Shown: one piece after another, positions 49,656 to 62,925 of the stretch
Layout: each line of letters begins with the position of its first letter
How positions within the stretch are numbered: position 1 is the first letter of the stretch
Origin: Octopus sinensis
Taxonomy: Eukaryota
Assembly: GCF_006345805.1 (NCBI RefSeq)
Contig: NC_043005.1
Coordinates: 8,928,001 to 8,992,000 of the forward strand
DNA: 64,000 nt
Direction: 5' to 3'
Notes under the pieces: model-generated
What the model saw: the letters and a program-made list of their open reading frames with translations, nothing else
Database searches by the model: none
What the model was told of the DNA's origin: nothing
Made by a program: the position numbers and the translations under genes

Positions 49656-51378
49656 CATTACTATACACACACACAACACACACACACACACACAACACAC
49701 ACACACACACACAACACACACACACACACACACACACATATTATATATATATATGTGGGATGGGGTGTATGTATGTATATATGTGTGAGTATATATGTGT
49801 ATAAATATGCAACATATTTATCGTATACATACCTGAAATATATGTTTTGAATTATGCGTATTTACTGTCACACATAAGCACACATAAGCCACACATCAAC
49901 ATCTAATCCTCTCCATTAATCATCTCTTACTTCTATTTCTTTTCTAATCCATCAAATTCTTGTGCTCGCAATCTCACCCGAAAATACCTTTTACTCTGCT
50001 TCACACTCACCGCTCTATATCTTTGTAAGACCCCCTACCCATTCATATCTTTATGACTTTTTTTTTTAACAAGTTATCAACACATTTCCATTTGCTTCAA
50101 GATACGCTCTGCTCTCATATCTCTGAACCAGTTTATACAGAAGCACACCACTCTTTTTCTTTCAGTCTCTTTCCCCCCAATCTTCTACTCTCTCATATAG
50201 CTCTATCATTCTCTACTCATCACCTTCATATCTTTTTATTCTCTTTCAGTTTATCACGTGCATCTCTCTGTATATAAGCTACTTTACCCGCTACCGTGTC
50301 TATATACATTTGATTAACGTTAGTTAATCAAATGTAGCCTTACATACACCTCTAAATGTCTGTCTTTTAATGCTAAGTACAAGATCTGTTGGATTATCTG
50401 TTTAACATTCTCTTTTACTTTAAACTTTATGTCAGTAATTTCCTAAGTCTGATAGATAAATATTTCCACATTAAAAAAAGCTGTTGTAAACACTTGCACT
50501 GGAATGTTCTAAAAGTATGTTACCCTTGTGACATAAATAAGCCACCTAAATGAACGCAGAAGCTCAAACACATTCCTTATTCGGCCGATAACTCAATGCA
50601 GGGATATTAACTAAAGTAGAAATCAACTTCACTAAATTTAACCGCAGCATTGAGCATAAAACCGACATTGTTATGATACTGTGTCAACAAAATGTGTCAC
50701 CATAATTAGTAATATTTCAACCACTGGAATCAATGAACAACAAAATTATAACATTGCTTCTAATACTTAAATGATAATGATATTGACGCGGGTAGCAAGT
50801 AGAAGATACCAAGAAAAGACTTGGCTAGACATTTATGGGTCTAAAAAGTACAATAGTTATAGATTTTATAAAAGATAGATTTGGTGATATACATGACAAA
50901 TTCTAGTTATAATTTACACATACCATTTTAATGTTTACGAAGCATGGTCAGATTAACATTAAACATTCATAAGCATCTTTATATTAGTATATTGTACGAT
51001 GTACACACACCACAATACCCAGAACATTCTATCAGTGTGAGAGTTCCACCTAGAACTTTGACCAATTTCTCAGCCAGTCTTATAAATGATCTCAGCAAGA
51101 GATTATAAGTAGAGTAAAAAAACTCAGATGATAATTTTTTTTCTAAGTAAATATTTTGGCATAAAACAAAGAAAATGACACAGCACAGTGAAGGAGACTA
51201 AACAGAATTGTACATTGTGTAGCTCATTCAATCTACTGACATGATAGAACATTATTCGTAGTTTGTGCAAAATGATAAATACTCGGTATACCGTTTAGGC
51301 GTTTACTGGCCTTAAATCGTCCAATTGGTGACTGCTGCTAGTTCATGCATTGCTCTTTGTAATATATGCATACACACA

Positions 51379-51416
<38 letters not shown>

Positions 51417-51531
51417 CACATGCACACACACGCACACACACGCGCACACAAGCCCAGACACATACATATTACAGTAAAATCGTGATTAATAATTCCATTT
51501 CTGATTATATAAACTTATTTGCTTACGTACA

Positions 51532-51609
<78 letters not shown>

Positions 51610-51775
51610 TGTGTGTGTGTGTATGTGTGTGTGTGTGTATGTGTGTATAGATAGATAGATAGATAGATAGAAAGATAGATAGATAGATACATAGACTGAT
51701 AGATAAATAGATAGATAAATACACACACACATACACATATATATCCTCACACACATTTGTGAACATGCATGTATG

Positions 51776-51810
<35 letters not shown>

Positions 51811-51872
51811 CGAGGGAGAAAGAGACATGTGTGTGTATGGGTGCGCGCGCGCGTGAATATTCAGTTTAATAC

Positions 51873-52105
51873 TTATTTCTCTACTACCCACAAGGGGCTA
51901 AACACAGAGCGGACAAACAAGGACAGACAAACGGATGAAGTCGATTATATCGACCCAGTGCGTAACTGGTACTTATTTAAACGACCCCGAAAGGATGAAA
52001 GGCAAAGTCGGCCTCGGCGGAATTTGAACTCAGAACGTAACGGCAGGCGAAATACCACAAAGCATTTCGTCCGGCGTGCTAACGTTTCTGCCAGCTCGCC
52101 GCCTT
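51873..52105 (-). mobile_element. family-A SINE, full length, TSD CAGTTTAATAC
   Basis: TSD at 51862-51872 and 52110-52120. Confidence 0.92.
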
Positions 52106-52689
52106 AATACAGTTTAATACCAGTTTGACTCAAGTAACTCCTGCTAAATGTACTGCTAAAGACCTTGTAAAATTTCTGTTACATTTAATTCTTTACAATC
52201 GTATTGGTAGATATATATGTTTATACATGTGTGTGATTGTATTTCCATGCGGGTAATCATTGTGTAGTTATCTATAGACATTTTCCGTAACAAACTTAGA
52301 TTTATGTAATTGAATTTTGATATTTATGTAAACCTAGGTTTATTTACTGAATGGATAAATGCAAACTCTCCTATGAAATATTCAGTGAAACCAGAAAATT
52401 GGAAGAACACAAGTGCCGGAACAAAATACCTTGCAGTATTTAGTTTTTTTTCTTTTTTTGTCGTAAATTTCGAAATTATAAACCATCAGGTTTAACGTTG
52501 CTTCTATCTTTATATGTCGATAAAATAAAGTCCTCCTATATCATGCTGTAATAAGACTGAGTGACCCTCAGGCGTATGTCATAATCTGCAGCCGTAATGC
52601 TGCTGATGGAGCTGTGGTCCTAGTTGTCGGTGTTGGTGTTTCTGGTGCTTAATGCCTTTTAGTTACAGTCTAGTGACAGATAGCAACGC

Positions 52690-52890
52690 CGTTGCCCCCG
52701 TTTCCACCACTGCCACTGCCGCCTCTGCCGCCACGGTCTCTGCAGCCGCCGTCTCTGCCGCCACGGTCTCTGCAGCCGCCGTCTCTGCAGCCTCCGTCTC
52801 TGGCTCTGCTGCTGCCGCTGCCTCTGCCGCCATCGCTGCCTCTGCTGCCGCTGCCGTGTTGCTTCTGCTGACGCTGTCACCACTGCCGTG
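52690..52890. repeat. GC-rich minisatellite (exact 30-bp duplication, 15-bp sub-unit)
   Basis: CTCTGCCGCCACGGTCTCTGCAGCCGCCGT at 52723 and 52753, in a GCN-rich context. Confidence 0.9.
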
Positions 52891-53600
52891 ATTCGAGGTC
52901 ATGTTCGCGATCCTCTTGCTGACCACCTTCACTAGATTCCCGAAGAGGATAGGCTGGTAGCAGAAGGCTGTGTTGATATAGGACATCCTCTCGTATGGTT
53001 TGCGGTAGAGCCCGGATTTAGCGTGACCTCTCGGAAGTATACGATGGTGTGTTTGGTCTCAATAGTTATTTTGAATTTCATAGAGCCTAGGGCGTTAGTC
53101 ACGTCCTTCCAAAGTCCATCAAAGTGTTCCCGTTGGCTTCTCTAGAAATGACCAGCGTGGCATCCCTGTAGAGATCAAGGAAGATTGATGGAAGTCTCTT
53201 CACTAAGGTACCCAATGAGATCGCAAATGTCGGCGCTGTCGTAGGCTCCATCGCCACATCGAAGAAGCTCTCGGGTTCTGATTGTTTGACACAGGTCGAA
53301 GGTTTATTAACGAACACCGTTTTCCTGGCGTGCATGATGACGTCTATGTCTCTATCGCTAATATGCGGGAAGCCCCTAATATAGGTAAGTGCCTTGATCA
53401 TAAGCCCTTTGATTTAGTCGGGTAAATGTTGACTATATCGAATTGGGTGAAGTTTGCTCTACCTCTAACTTCGTTAGCATTAAACCAAAAGGTTCACATC
53501 ATTGATGATGTGCCACACGGTGGCTCCTTCTTATGTCGTCATTCCTTAGTATATATGTGTTCGCCAGACCGGTCTCGGATTTGGTCGGCTGGATCAGGCG
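52891..53600 (-). mobile_element. Penelope-like element reverse-transcriptase remnant
   Basis: Peptides IKALTY...ISDRDIDVIMHARKT...FFDVAM...DLYRDA (LYRDD-like) and YRKP...SYINTAFCYQPILF..LVK.VSKRIANMTSN are typical of PLE RT. Frameshifted. Confidence 0.82.
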
Positions 53601-53635
53601 GCATTTGGAGTTATATGTATATATGTAAACATATA

Positions 53636-53955
53636 CGTGGAGGCCTAATATCCCAGTGGTTAGGGCAGCGGACTCGCGGTTGTAGGATAGCGGTTTCGAT
53701 TCCCAGACCAGGCGTTGTGAGTGTTTATTGAGCGAAAACACCTAAAGTTCCACGCGTCTCCGGTAGGGGCTGGTGGCGATCCCTGCTATACTCTTTCGCC
53801 ACAACTTTCTCTTACTCTTTCTTCTGTTGGCCTGCTCGGTTAACCAGCGGGGTGGCATCATTTGAAGGCTAAAGAACAATGCAAAGCGCATTGTGACTAG
53901 CGATGTGTAGCAACATCTGATAGCCTGGTCGGTCACGGTGATTACAGTGATATAA
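53636..53955 (+). mobile_element. tRNA-derived SINE family C: head C + tail Y
   Basis: First ~185 nt match the 24.5-kb SINE; the tail (GTTGGCCTGCTCGG...AGCGCATTGTGAC...GGTCACGGTGAT) differs. Confidence 0.85.
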
Positions 53956-54469
53956 ACGAATACAAGATCACGCACACATATATCTGTACATATGTGTGTG
54001 CATATGTATTTATGTATGTATGCATTTATGTGTGTATGTATATAGGTATGTATGTATGTATGTATGTATGTATGTATGTATGTATGTATGTATGTATGTA
54101 TGTATGCATGTATGTAGGTATGCTAAGCATGTATGTATGTATTATGCATACATGCATTTATATATGTATGTATGTATGTATTATGCCTGCATGCATTTAT
54201 GTATGTATATATGAAAATTTGCTGGCATGTGTACAGTGTTTACGCCTGTTCAGTATTATCTCAGTATCTGCAATGTTTCCAATATAATTGATAAAGCTGA
54301 AGTACACTATAGTTGTGCGCATGTGCTTATCTCAAGGTATATATATGTGTCTGTGTGCTCGTTTGATGGAGGGAAAGTAAAATGGAGAGTGATAGAGATG
54401 GAGAGAGATTACGAACACAATGCATGTTAAGTCAAGAAGTTCATTCCTACACATAAACTACAGCTAATA

Positions 54470-54700
54470 TCTTTGTCCACTCAGACTAATGTTGAAAATT
54501 TGCAGGAACATTTTCGATGGTGATATCAAAGAACTAATATTGCCGAATCTCGAGAATGTATTCTGAACGATCAAAGAATCCTTGGAAGAAATTCTAAACC
54601 TTCCAAGAATTTGGATATTTATTGAGAGAAAAAAAAGGATATCACACTGTTTCTTGACTTTTGAAATCATTTTGCTCTATGGGAAGCCATTGTTTTTGTT
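54470..54700 (-). mobile_element. possible PLE remnant
   Basis: KNNGFP*SKMISKV resembles the PLE post-RT NGYP motif. Short and degenerate. Confidence 0.35.
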
Positions 54701-54779
54701 AATAATAAAGTTGTCAGCTTTAGATGGAAATATATTATATCTTGAGTTACATAAGAATTAGGGCAGATTGAAGTAAGAC

Positions 54780-54978
54780 GAAAATGCGTAACCGTATTTC
54801 GCCTGCCGTTATGTTCTGAGTTCAAATTACGCCGAGGTCGACTTAGCCTTTCATTCTTTCGGGATCGATAAGTTAAGTACTAATTAGGCACTGGGGTTGC
54901 TCTAATCGACTTTATCCCTTTGTCTGCCCTTGTTTGTCCCCTTTATGTTTATCCCCTTGTGGGCAATAATGAAATAAG
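54780..54978 (+). mobile_element. family-A SINE, 5'-truncated
   Basis: Central domain and tail. Confidence 0.85.
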
Positions 54979-55562
54979 TAAATATGAATGAATACGCATG
55001 TGTGTGTATGCGTGAATATGTGTGCATGTGTGCATATGCGTGTATATATGTGCGAGTGTGCGCGCGTGAGTTCGTTCAAGCGCGCACGTGTGTGTGTGTG
55101 TGCACAGACGTGCCCGTGCGCACCCATGTACAGATGCGCACAATCACATCAATATACACATTCACGCAAAGCTATATGAGCGCATGTGCACACCCCGAAA
55201 TAAAACTATATACTTGTACAAGCCGCCTTTTTTTTACTTCTTCCCCACCAAAAACCTCACCGATTTTTAATCGCCACATGTTCTATTTCCTGTCCTCTAC
55301 GTGGTCAACTTCCTGTTCGCCATGCAGTATTTTACAAGTAAGTATTACCCGTATACAAATATCAAACCACGACACCGCGTGACCTTACTCAACTGAACGC
55401 AGCCCACCTTACGGAGTGTCAGTTACATATATTCTATTCTGCCTAAAAAATGGATCTACAAATTCAATATGCCTAAATATCGCACATCTATTTTCTTTCC
55501 TCTACCTCACTCTCTACTTTGAAATCTTATCTAAATCAACTATTACTTAACCGTCTCACACC

Positions 55563-55614
55563 GTCTACGATGAAGGGATATAATTAAAAATTATCCTGGA
55601 AACAGCTGTAAGAT
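55563..55614 (+). ncRNA. hammerhead-like motif with variant core at the end of a PLE-type repeat fragment
   Basis: GTCT/AGAT stem I, ACGATGA core (positions 3-4 changed), GGGATA/TATCCT stem II, GAAA, palindromic ACAGCTGT, H17=A. Confidence 0.5.
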
Positions 55615-55616
55615 AT

Positions 55617-55829
55617 TTAGCCCCACAAGGGGCTAAACACAGACAGGACAAACAAGGACAGACAAACGGATTAAGTCGATTATATCAACCCGAGTAACTG
55701 GTACTTCTTTAATCGACCCCGAAAGGATGAAAGGCAAAGTCGACCTCGGCGTAATTTGAACTCAGAACGTAACGGCAGACGAAATACCGATGAGCATTTC
55801 GCCCGGCGTTCCAGCCAGCTCGCGGCCTC
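55617..55829 (-). mobile_element. family-A SINE
   Basis: Head, central domain and tail. Confidence 0.9.
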
Positions 55830-55911
55830 AATAATAATGATGACAATAATAAGAAAATTATAACACAGACACACACACACACACACACGCACAAACACAC
55901 GCACACACAGA

Positions 55912-55946
<35 letters not shown>

Positions 55947-55984
55947 GCACATATATATATATATATATTATATATATATATATA

Positions 55985-56089
55985 CATACATAAATTCTAT
56001 TGGTCAACCCATGAGGCTAGACTAGACGACACTTGCCCAAGTTGTCACACAGTGGGACTGAAACCGGAAGCATGCGCCTATATATATAT

Positions 56090-56121
<32 letters not shown>

Positions 56122-56215
56122 CATACATAAATTCTATTGGTCAACCCATGAGGCTAGACTAGACGACACTTGCCCAAGTTGTCACACAGTGGGACTGAAA
56201 CCGGAAGCATGCGCC

Positions 56216-56240
<25 letters not shown>
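55985..56240. repeat. local tandem duplication (~127-bp period) containing a CORE-SINE fragment
   Basis: ACATAAATTCTATTGGTCAACCCATGAGGCTAGACTAGACGACACTTGCCCAAG...GCATGCGCC occurs twice, separated by (TA)n. Confidence 0.95.
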
Positions 56241-56253
<13 letters not shown>

Positions 56254-57193
56254 ATATATTTAAATATACAGCATATATATATACAAGTACATATGTATCT
56301 ATGCACATACGTGTGCACATATTTAAAAGAATGATATATATATATATATACGTGTGTGTGCGTGTGTGTTGATGTTTGTGTATACGTGTGCGTGTGTACA
56401 TGGTTCTTTTCATAAACTAATTATTTCTCTAAATAAATCAAGAGCGATCTTCAAACGAAATAATAATCTATTAGTCTTCACGGTCAATATTCGTCAGTTC
56501 TATGTATCGTATAATATGTAGACTTTCCTGCATTAAAAAAAAACAACCTTTTGATGAATATTTATTAAAATGCCATTATAAAAACAATTTATCTGCCTTG
56601 AGATGTTTTTAATTTTCATATTTATATTACAGTGTATTGAACAGATAAACGCTGGCTCAAACATATACACACGGATCCACACGTATGCATACAAGTCGAT
56701 TTTCATATATGTGTGAACATGTAATCTGCATGTATATCATGTTTAAAAAAAAAAAAACTAATATTAATTTTGAATATTAATGTATATTTTGAAAGCTTTT
56801 TCTGTGGAAATTTCAGCAGACGTAAATACATATTATTCTATTCGTACACTTAAAATTGAAGGGATTCATTTTGGCATATGCCAGTATTTGTTTAACCATT
56901 TAGCATAAAGCATGTAATTTTGATCCTCTGCATACGGAGAGAATTTATAGTAAGTCGTTGCTGTAAACTTATCTCAAATTGGTTTTCATTTTTAATGGCA
57001 ATACTAATTCTTACATGTTTCTTTCGTCACCATATCTGAATAATTAATGATTATTTATGTACAATACCGCGTGTATTAGAGAACATATTGTAAAATTAAA
57101 CTAAACTACAGTTTTTAAAACCGTACGCTCTGAAATGATAGATTGGAATTCATCTCGTTTTACCCATCCTGCACAAAAATGCAAAGGAGATTG

Positions 57194-57234
57194 CCTTGAC
57201 GTATTTCACAGCTCGTTGAATACTCATCAGAAGA
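57194..57234 (-). ncRNA. minimal hammerhead ribozyme motif, orphan
   Basis: Minus strand TCTT-CTGATGA-GTATTCAACGAGCTGT-GAAA-TAC-GTC-AAGG. All core residues are canonical; stem II is weak. Confidence 0.5.
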
Positions 57235-57589
57235 CGAGTAGCTAGAGAATGTTCTTTGGCCATAATGTTATGTTATCACACTTATACATGTATGTTTTTG
57301 TACATCTAAAACGTTCTGGTAAGAACGAACATGCCTATGCTCAGTTAAGCGGTTGTAATAAATTCGGGACAAAATGTATTCTAAGTCGTCACTGTGCTTG
57401 TGGAAGAGGTGATTCGACAATCGATTCCTGCAATCGAAATTTATTGTACAATACGAATCTTGATACTGAAGGTCTTGCAAACATTTAAGTTGTAAATTAA
57501 TTAATGGTTTGCAAGTTTTGATTAATAAAATATCTTTGCTGACTACATTATGATATCGATGTTATCGATATTGTGTTATCAATATACTC

Positions 57590-58005
57590 TCTCTCTCTCT
57601 TTTACTCTTTTACTTGTTTCAGTCATTTGACTGCGGCCATGCTGGAGCACCGCCTTTAGTCGATCAAATCGACCCCGAGACTTATTCTTTGTAAGCCCAG
57701 TACTTATTCTATCGGTCTCTTTTGCCGAACTGCTAAGTGACGGGGACGTAAACACACCAGCATCGGTTGTCAAGCAATGCTAGGGAGACAAACACAGACA
57801 CACAAACATATACACACACGCTTATATATATATACATATATACGACAGGCTTCTTTCAGTTTCCATCTACCAAATCCACTCACAAGGCATTGGTCGGCCC
57901 GGGGCTATAGCAGAAGACACTTGCCCAAGATGCCACGCAGTGGGACTGAACCCGCAACCATGTGGCTGGTTAGCAAGCTACTTACCACACATCCACTCCT
58001 GCGCC
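57590..58005 (-). mobile_element. CORE-type SINE (family B), full length
   Basis: Same sequence as 1173-1615. Confidence 0.9.
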
Positions 58006-58149
58006 TATATATGTGTTATCAATATATGTGTTATGGAAAATTAGCTGTTTCTTTTCTATGCGATGGTGTCCGTAGGAATTTCGTTATATTCATTAAGTTT
58101 TCAATGCATTTACCAAATGTCAGATTAATATAAGCCACAGTGTGAATAT

Positions 58150-58900
58150 GTTTTCTTTTTCAAAGCATGATCAGTTCTAATTCTTATTATTTAGGAGTTA
58201 TTATCCTGACCTGCCGCGATGTTTAAGCTGATGTTTTCTACGACTCTTAGCGGAACTAGAGAAATTAACCCAATTAGAGGTTTAACATAACTACCTGTAT
58301 TTGCCATCTTTCATTATTCCATCGCTTATTATGACTATGATACATTCAAACTTCGAAAAATCGAAACTCAAATGCATTCTCTTCCTCGCAGGCTTTTCTT
58401 GCACCGATCGTAATTTATTACAAACCTTATCTATATCATGGATATATAAGATGTTATTTTCTCATCAGTTCTCCATAGATGTTCTCTTGTTCTTCAATTT
58501 TGGACGAGATATTCACTTTTGCCGCGCAGCTGATCTCATCAACGGTTCATGACAATTGCTCTCTGTCCCCTATATCAATATCTGGCATATTACGTTTAAA
58601 TCGAGTTGCTACTTTTATTGGATTATGTCACGGGTGTTCTCTATTCCTAAAGAATGTACAAACTTATGAACGTATGCTGTTTTTGTTCTCTAAGTCAGCA
58701 ACTCTGTAATGACTCCGTAAATATATCAACGAAAGAATTCCGGCTTCGGGTATTCTGAATTTGTCGCCAAGCATAGAGTTTCAAACATTAATCCATCAAT
58801 ATAGCCATAATAGTGTAAGGGTGATTTACAAGGGAGGTCTGAACTGCAATCTGTATCAGAGCGTGTAAACAATAGAGAGAAACTTAATAAGACTGGTCGC
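58150..58900 (-). mobile_element. possible highly decayed PLE RT remnant
   Basis: EEENAFEFRFFEV followed by a degenerate PT-LG-FL-F stretch, loosely like the PLE FLDV...KPT.TG..L.F.S region. Many stops. Confidence 0.3.
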
Positions 58901-59429
58901 TCGGAAATGGATTACACAGCTAGCAGAAATGTAAAGTGTACTAGCATTCATTCAAATGCGAATACAAATGCATTGCCTTCGTGGCCATCTGTATAGTGAA
59001 CGATATTAATATATGTTTGACGGTGGTTTTCATACAGTTCAGCCATTTCTTTATTTTTGCTGGGTTGTTTCTGAAGGTATGAAAACGAAAAACTCAGAAC
59101 AGCGACATTGGAAAGTACCAACTTTACAGAAATTAAGAAAATAAATCACATATACGAAACGCCTTTTATACGTCTTTGTAAATCCAATTACACATATATA
59201 CACGAGAATAAGCGTTTTTCAAAGAGAACAAAATAGAGTAAGTCACTCTATTGACGTAGATTCTCGTATATATGGTGGACTGGTCAACATACATGAGAAA
59301 CATTAACATCCTAATATTACTGATCTTGTTTTAGATTATCTAATTGGTTTCCACAGTTTCATTGAAAACTACAGATCTCAGCTTTAGTTATCCTAATTTA
59401 ATTTGTGGTATTTAACTATAAATAGGTCA

Positions 59430-60271
59430 ATCGCTTATATTTCTGTCTTATATTTTGAATGATATACATACCTACGTCTTCTTTTTCAGGAGCACAATGA
59501 AATATTGGTGAACAGCGTTGGAGAGCATAAATATTAAAGCTGTAGTTGTATGTTAGCTGATATAGTGGACAGGAAGCCATTTGAGAGTTGGAAAAGAGTA
59601 TCACGGCTATTGGCGCCGGGTATCAAAATGTTGTCACAATGACTGCTGTTTGATGATCCGTAGAAAATGTAAAGACCGTAAAAACTGGCATGGCTAGCTT
59701 TAATAAAGACTACGAAGCTGTGATCAACAGGAAGGGAATACAGCAGGATTTCTGACTGCATCTGCACGCTGGAGATCGTCATCCACACTCTTACGCATAA
59801 TTCGGATAGCTATGTGAAGCTACTGGAGAATGTAGTCAAATGCTGGTTGGAGAGAGAGGATTGCTTTGTGAGCCATATACGTTGCAACCTGTTGAAAGAG
59901 TGAAAATTGGTTTTCGGAGAATGTCTACGACTTCAACATACCCAATTTCACTGTATTGTAATCCTTATATGTAGGGTTCAGTCGGAAAAGACATTGCTTG
60001 CATTGCGTGCAACATCAAGGTCAAGCTGGTGTTCATCAAAGTCAACATCAAGGTCAAGGAAATCTTCAAAGATCTTCTCAGGGACACAGCGAGGAACACA
60101 TGCGCGGACTAAGGAACCGTCTTGAGGGCATGGTAGAAGCTAAGGGCAGCTATTTTGAGAAAATTGCTATCTCACAGCCATAATGTTGTTGATATGTTTC
60201 GGGTTTTAAAGGAATGGACGGTATGTTGTTTTTATCTTTTCCTTTTATGCAAATTTAGACCGAACACCCAG
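59430..60271 (+). mobile_element. decayed Tc1-like transposon with right TIR
   Basis: Peptides NSDSYVKLLENVVKCWLER and RNRLEGMVEAKGSYFEK; right end ...GACCGAACACCCAG|TA. The left end is uncertain. Confidence 0.65.
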
Positions 60272-60727
60272 TATCTATATATGCAGATTTTACCAGCTCT
60301 TATATCCAGGCTATACATTTTTATTTGACCCAGCAATAATAGGTGCACCACTAACCTATAATGGAGAGATTTTGTAAACCCCTACAAAGCAAAACAAAAA
60401 ATGAACGAATGCATAGACAAGCAAACAAACAACGAAATCTAACGGATTCGTATTCTCCGAGTAGAATCGATTAATTTTAAAGGGAAAATGCCTCAGACTT
60501 TTCAGGGAGTCTGCATTTGAGATCCAACGGATGAACATATTCAAGCAATAACATGTACATAAAGAGTAAATATAGACAACGATGAATAAAAATAGAAATA
60601 AAGTGAGACTTGTGTAATTAAGGGAGATATGCACCCTCGTGTTGGTTTCACTTGAATAAGAAGAACTTTGCTTCTTTGTTATTGGCCGGCTGGACTCCTA
60701 CAAAAGAAACATCTTCTATAAATCTCA

Positions 60728-60963
60728 AAGGCGGCGAGCTGGCAGAAACGTTAGCACGCCGGGCGAAATGCTTAGCGGTAGGTATTTCGTCTGCCGTTAT
60801 GTTCTGAGTTCAAATTCCGCCGAGGTCGACTTTGCCTTTCATCCTTTCGGGGCCGATTAATTAAGTACTAGTTACGCACTGGGGTCGATGTAATCGACTT
60901 AATCCGTGTGTCTGTTCTTGTTTGTCCCCTCTGTGTTTAGCCCATTGTGGGCAATAAAGAAAT
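60728..60963 (+). mobile_element. family-A SINE, full length, 26-bp TSD
   Basis: AAGAAACATCTT(C/A)TATAAATCTCAAA at 60704-60729 and 60964-60989. Confidence 0.92.
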
Positions 60964-61844
60964 AAGAAACATCTTATATAAATCTCAAAAACAAAAAAAA
61001 ACACGCACACGCACTCATACACACATACACATAGACACACACACAGACACACAGGCATGCACTCATACACACGCAACAATACACATATCGCAATGCACAC
61101 ACACATACACACGCAGAAATGCATTCACAAGCATGCATACAAGTCAAAGAGGGCACCATTACCCAGTGACTTGCCTCACAAGAAATAACAGCCAAATCTC
61201 TCTAATATAGCTGCAATATCGTTTTATACCTTATTAATAAAGGAAAAATAAAGAATAAAGGAAAAAATTACCTATAGTGTAATCTTACGTACGTAGGATT
61301 TTATAGATAAGATAATCCATGTAGACCAGACCTCACCTAGAGTTCAACGATAACAATGATCTTTAGTTCCCTGAATTTTGAACTTGAGTTGTGAGTGCAA
61401 TGTAACTAAGTAGCTACACAATTTATACGAAGCTTTTTAAGCTGAAACCAACTCATCGATAGTACAGAATAAACGTTATATTCATCAATACTTAGTCTGA
61501 AAATAAGTATACACCCACTATTTACTATGCTATAAACTAGTTGTTTTGTTTATATTTAACTCTTCATTGGTTACTCCTAGATATTAGTTCTAAAAAGACT
61601 GGTTGAGGGCATCGATCAGGATGTAGTAATACAGTACGTTCGGCCATGATCTTTAAAAAGCTTCGTACGAAAGAGGTTTATCAATTCCTCGGATCTCACT
61701 CGTTGCCTCCCTCTCCTTCTCTCTCACGGACTCACTCTTCTCTCTGTCTTCCTATTCAATCAATACAAAGGTGTGAGCGCATGTGCTCAGCCTATGCATA
61801 TATATATATATATTTTTTTTTTTTATAGGAGCGTTCGATATATA

Positions 61845-61903
<59 letters not shown>

Positions 61904-62925
61904 ATGTATGTATGTATGTATGTATGTATGTATGTATGTATGTATATATACATAGAAACATTACATACATACACGCAGACAGAGGCGCACGCACACACAG
62001 CCGCCGCACGCTTCACTCACCTCTAAATGCCAGTGAATAAATGTTCTGTCTTCGTTTATATTTATCTGTCGTTAAGGAGGTATATTTTAATCCTCAATCA
62101 AGTAATTCCCTGTTGTTTATGTTTTTTTTTCTTCCCTCTATGTTATTGTTTATATTGTTTGTTATATTATTATCTACTCATTTAAACGATTGATAAAACT
62201 GAAATCAATAACTCTGCACCGAGTGAACCCCCCCCCACCCCTATCAACATCTTCAACCCCACCCCCACCCCCACCGACTCAGAAAGCAAACCATAACACT
62301 ATCGATTGAGATCGACTTGTTTTCATAACGTATTTCTTTTCTCTCTCTACTCACAATGTATGCCATTAACTGAAGTGCAGCATGTAATCACACATGTTCA
62401 CCATCATTGATATAATGAAAGGCTTTAACTGCTAACAAGCAGAACCGGTCTGTGGAGCGTGATGGATGAAGTGGGTGATCTGCTTGGCATGAAGAAATAT
62501 ATGTATTTTTAAAATCAAACTGAAAAAAACCTTAGGTATACTCGGCCTAAGAAACTCCCTCGCGTTTCTGTAGCAGCGTTACCAATATCTTTGGTTTTGA
62601 ATTAGTATTACTTCTGTTTCAAACACATCCCAGTGTTCTAATGATATCAAAATGTTGAAATATTCTTGAACCCTATTTTTGGTAGGGACCTGCCATCTGT
62701 ATAGCTTTAAGTAATAAAGGAACGCAGGTTTAGCAATGTAAGTTGAGAAGTCATTTGTTAATTTTCATAGTCATTGAAACATACTGAATTGAGGGAACAA
62801 TTTACCGATAAACTGGAATGAATATTATGATCAAATTGGTGTACCCACACTTATCACAAAGTATCTATAAAAAGAAAACAAAAACAACAACTATTAACCA
62901 TTTAGATGGTAGTATGACAAATTCA

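Noticed and set aside
52652-52891. Ala-rich ORF as a type-I antifreeze-like protein
   Set aside because: No 11-residue Thr periodicity, repeat-derived, and abutting a PLE remnant.
1173-58005. all five full-length family-B SINEs lie on the minus strand
   Set aside because: The sample is too small, and family A shows both orientations.
59038-59075. 38-nt plus-strand exon candidate (QPFLIFAGLFLK or SAISYFCWVVSE)
   Set aside because: Two frames are open and there are no partner exons; cannot be supported.
62228-62276. C-runs with G-quadruplex potential on the minus strand
   Set aside because: A common low-complexity feature with no contextual support.
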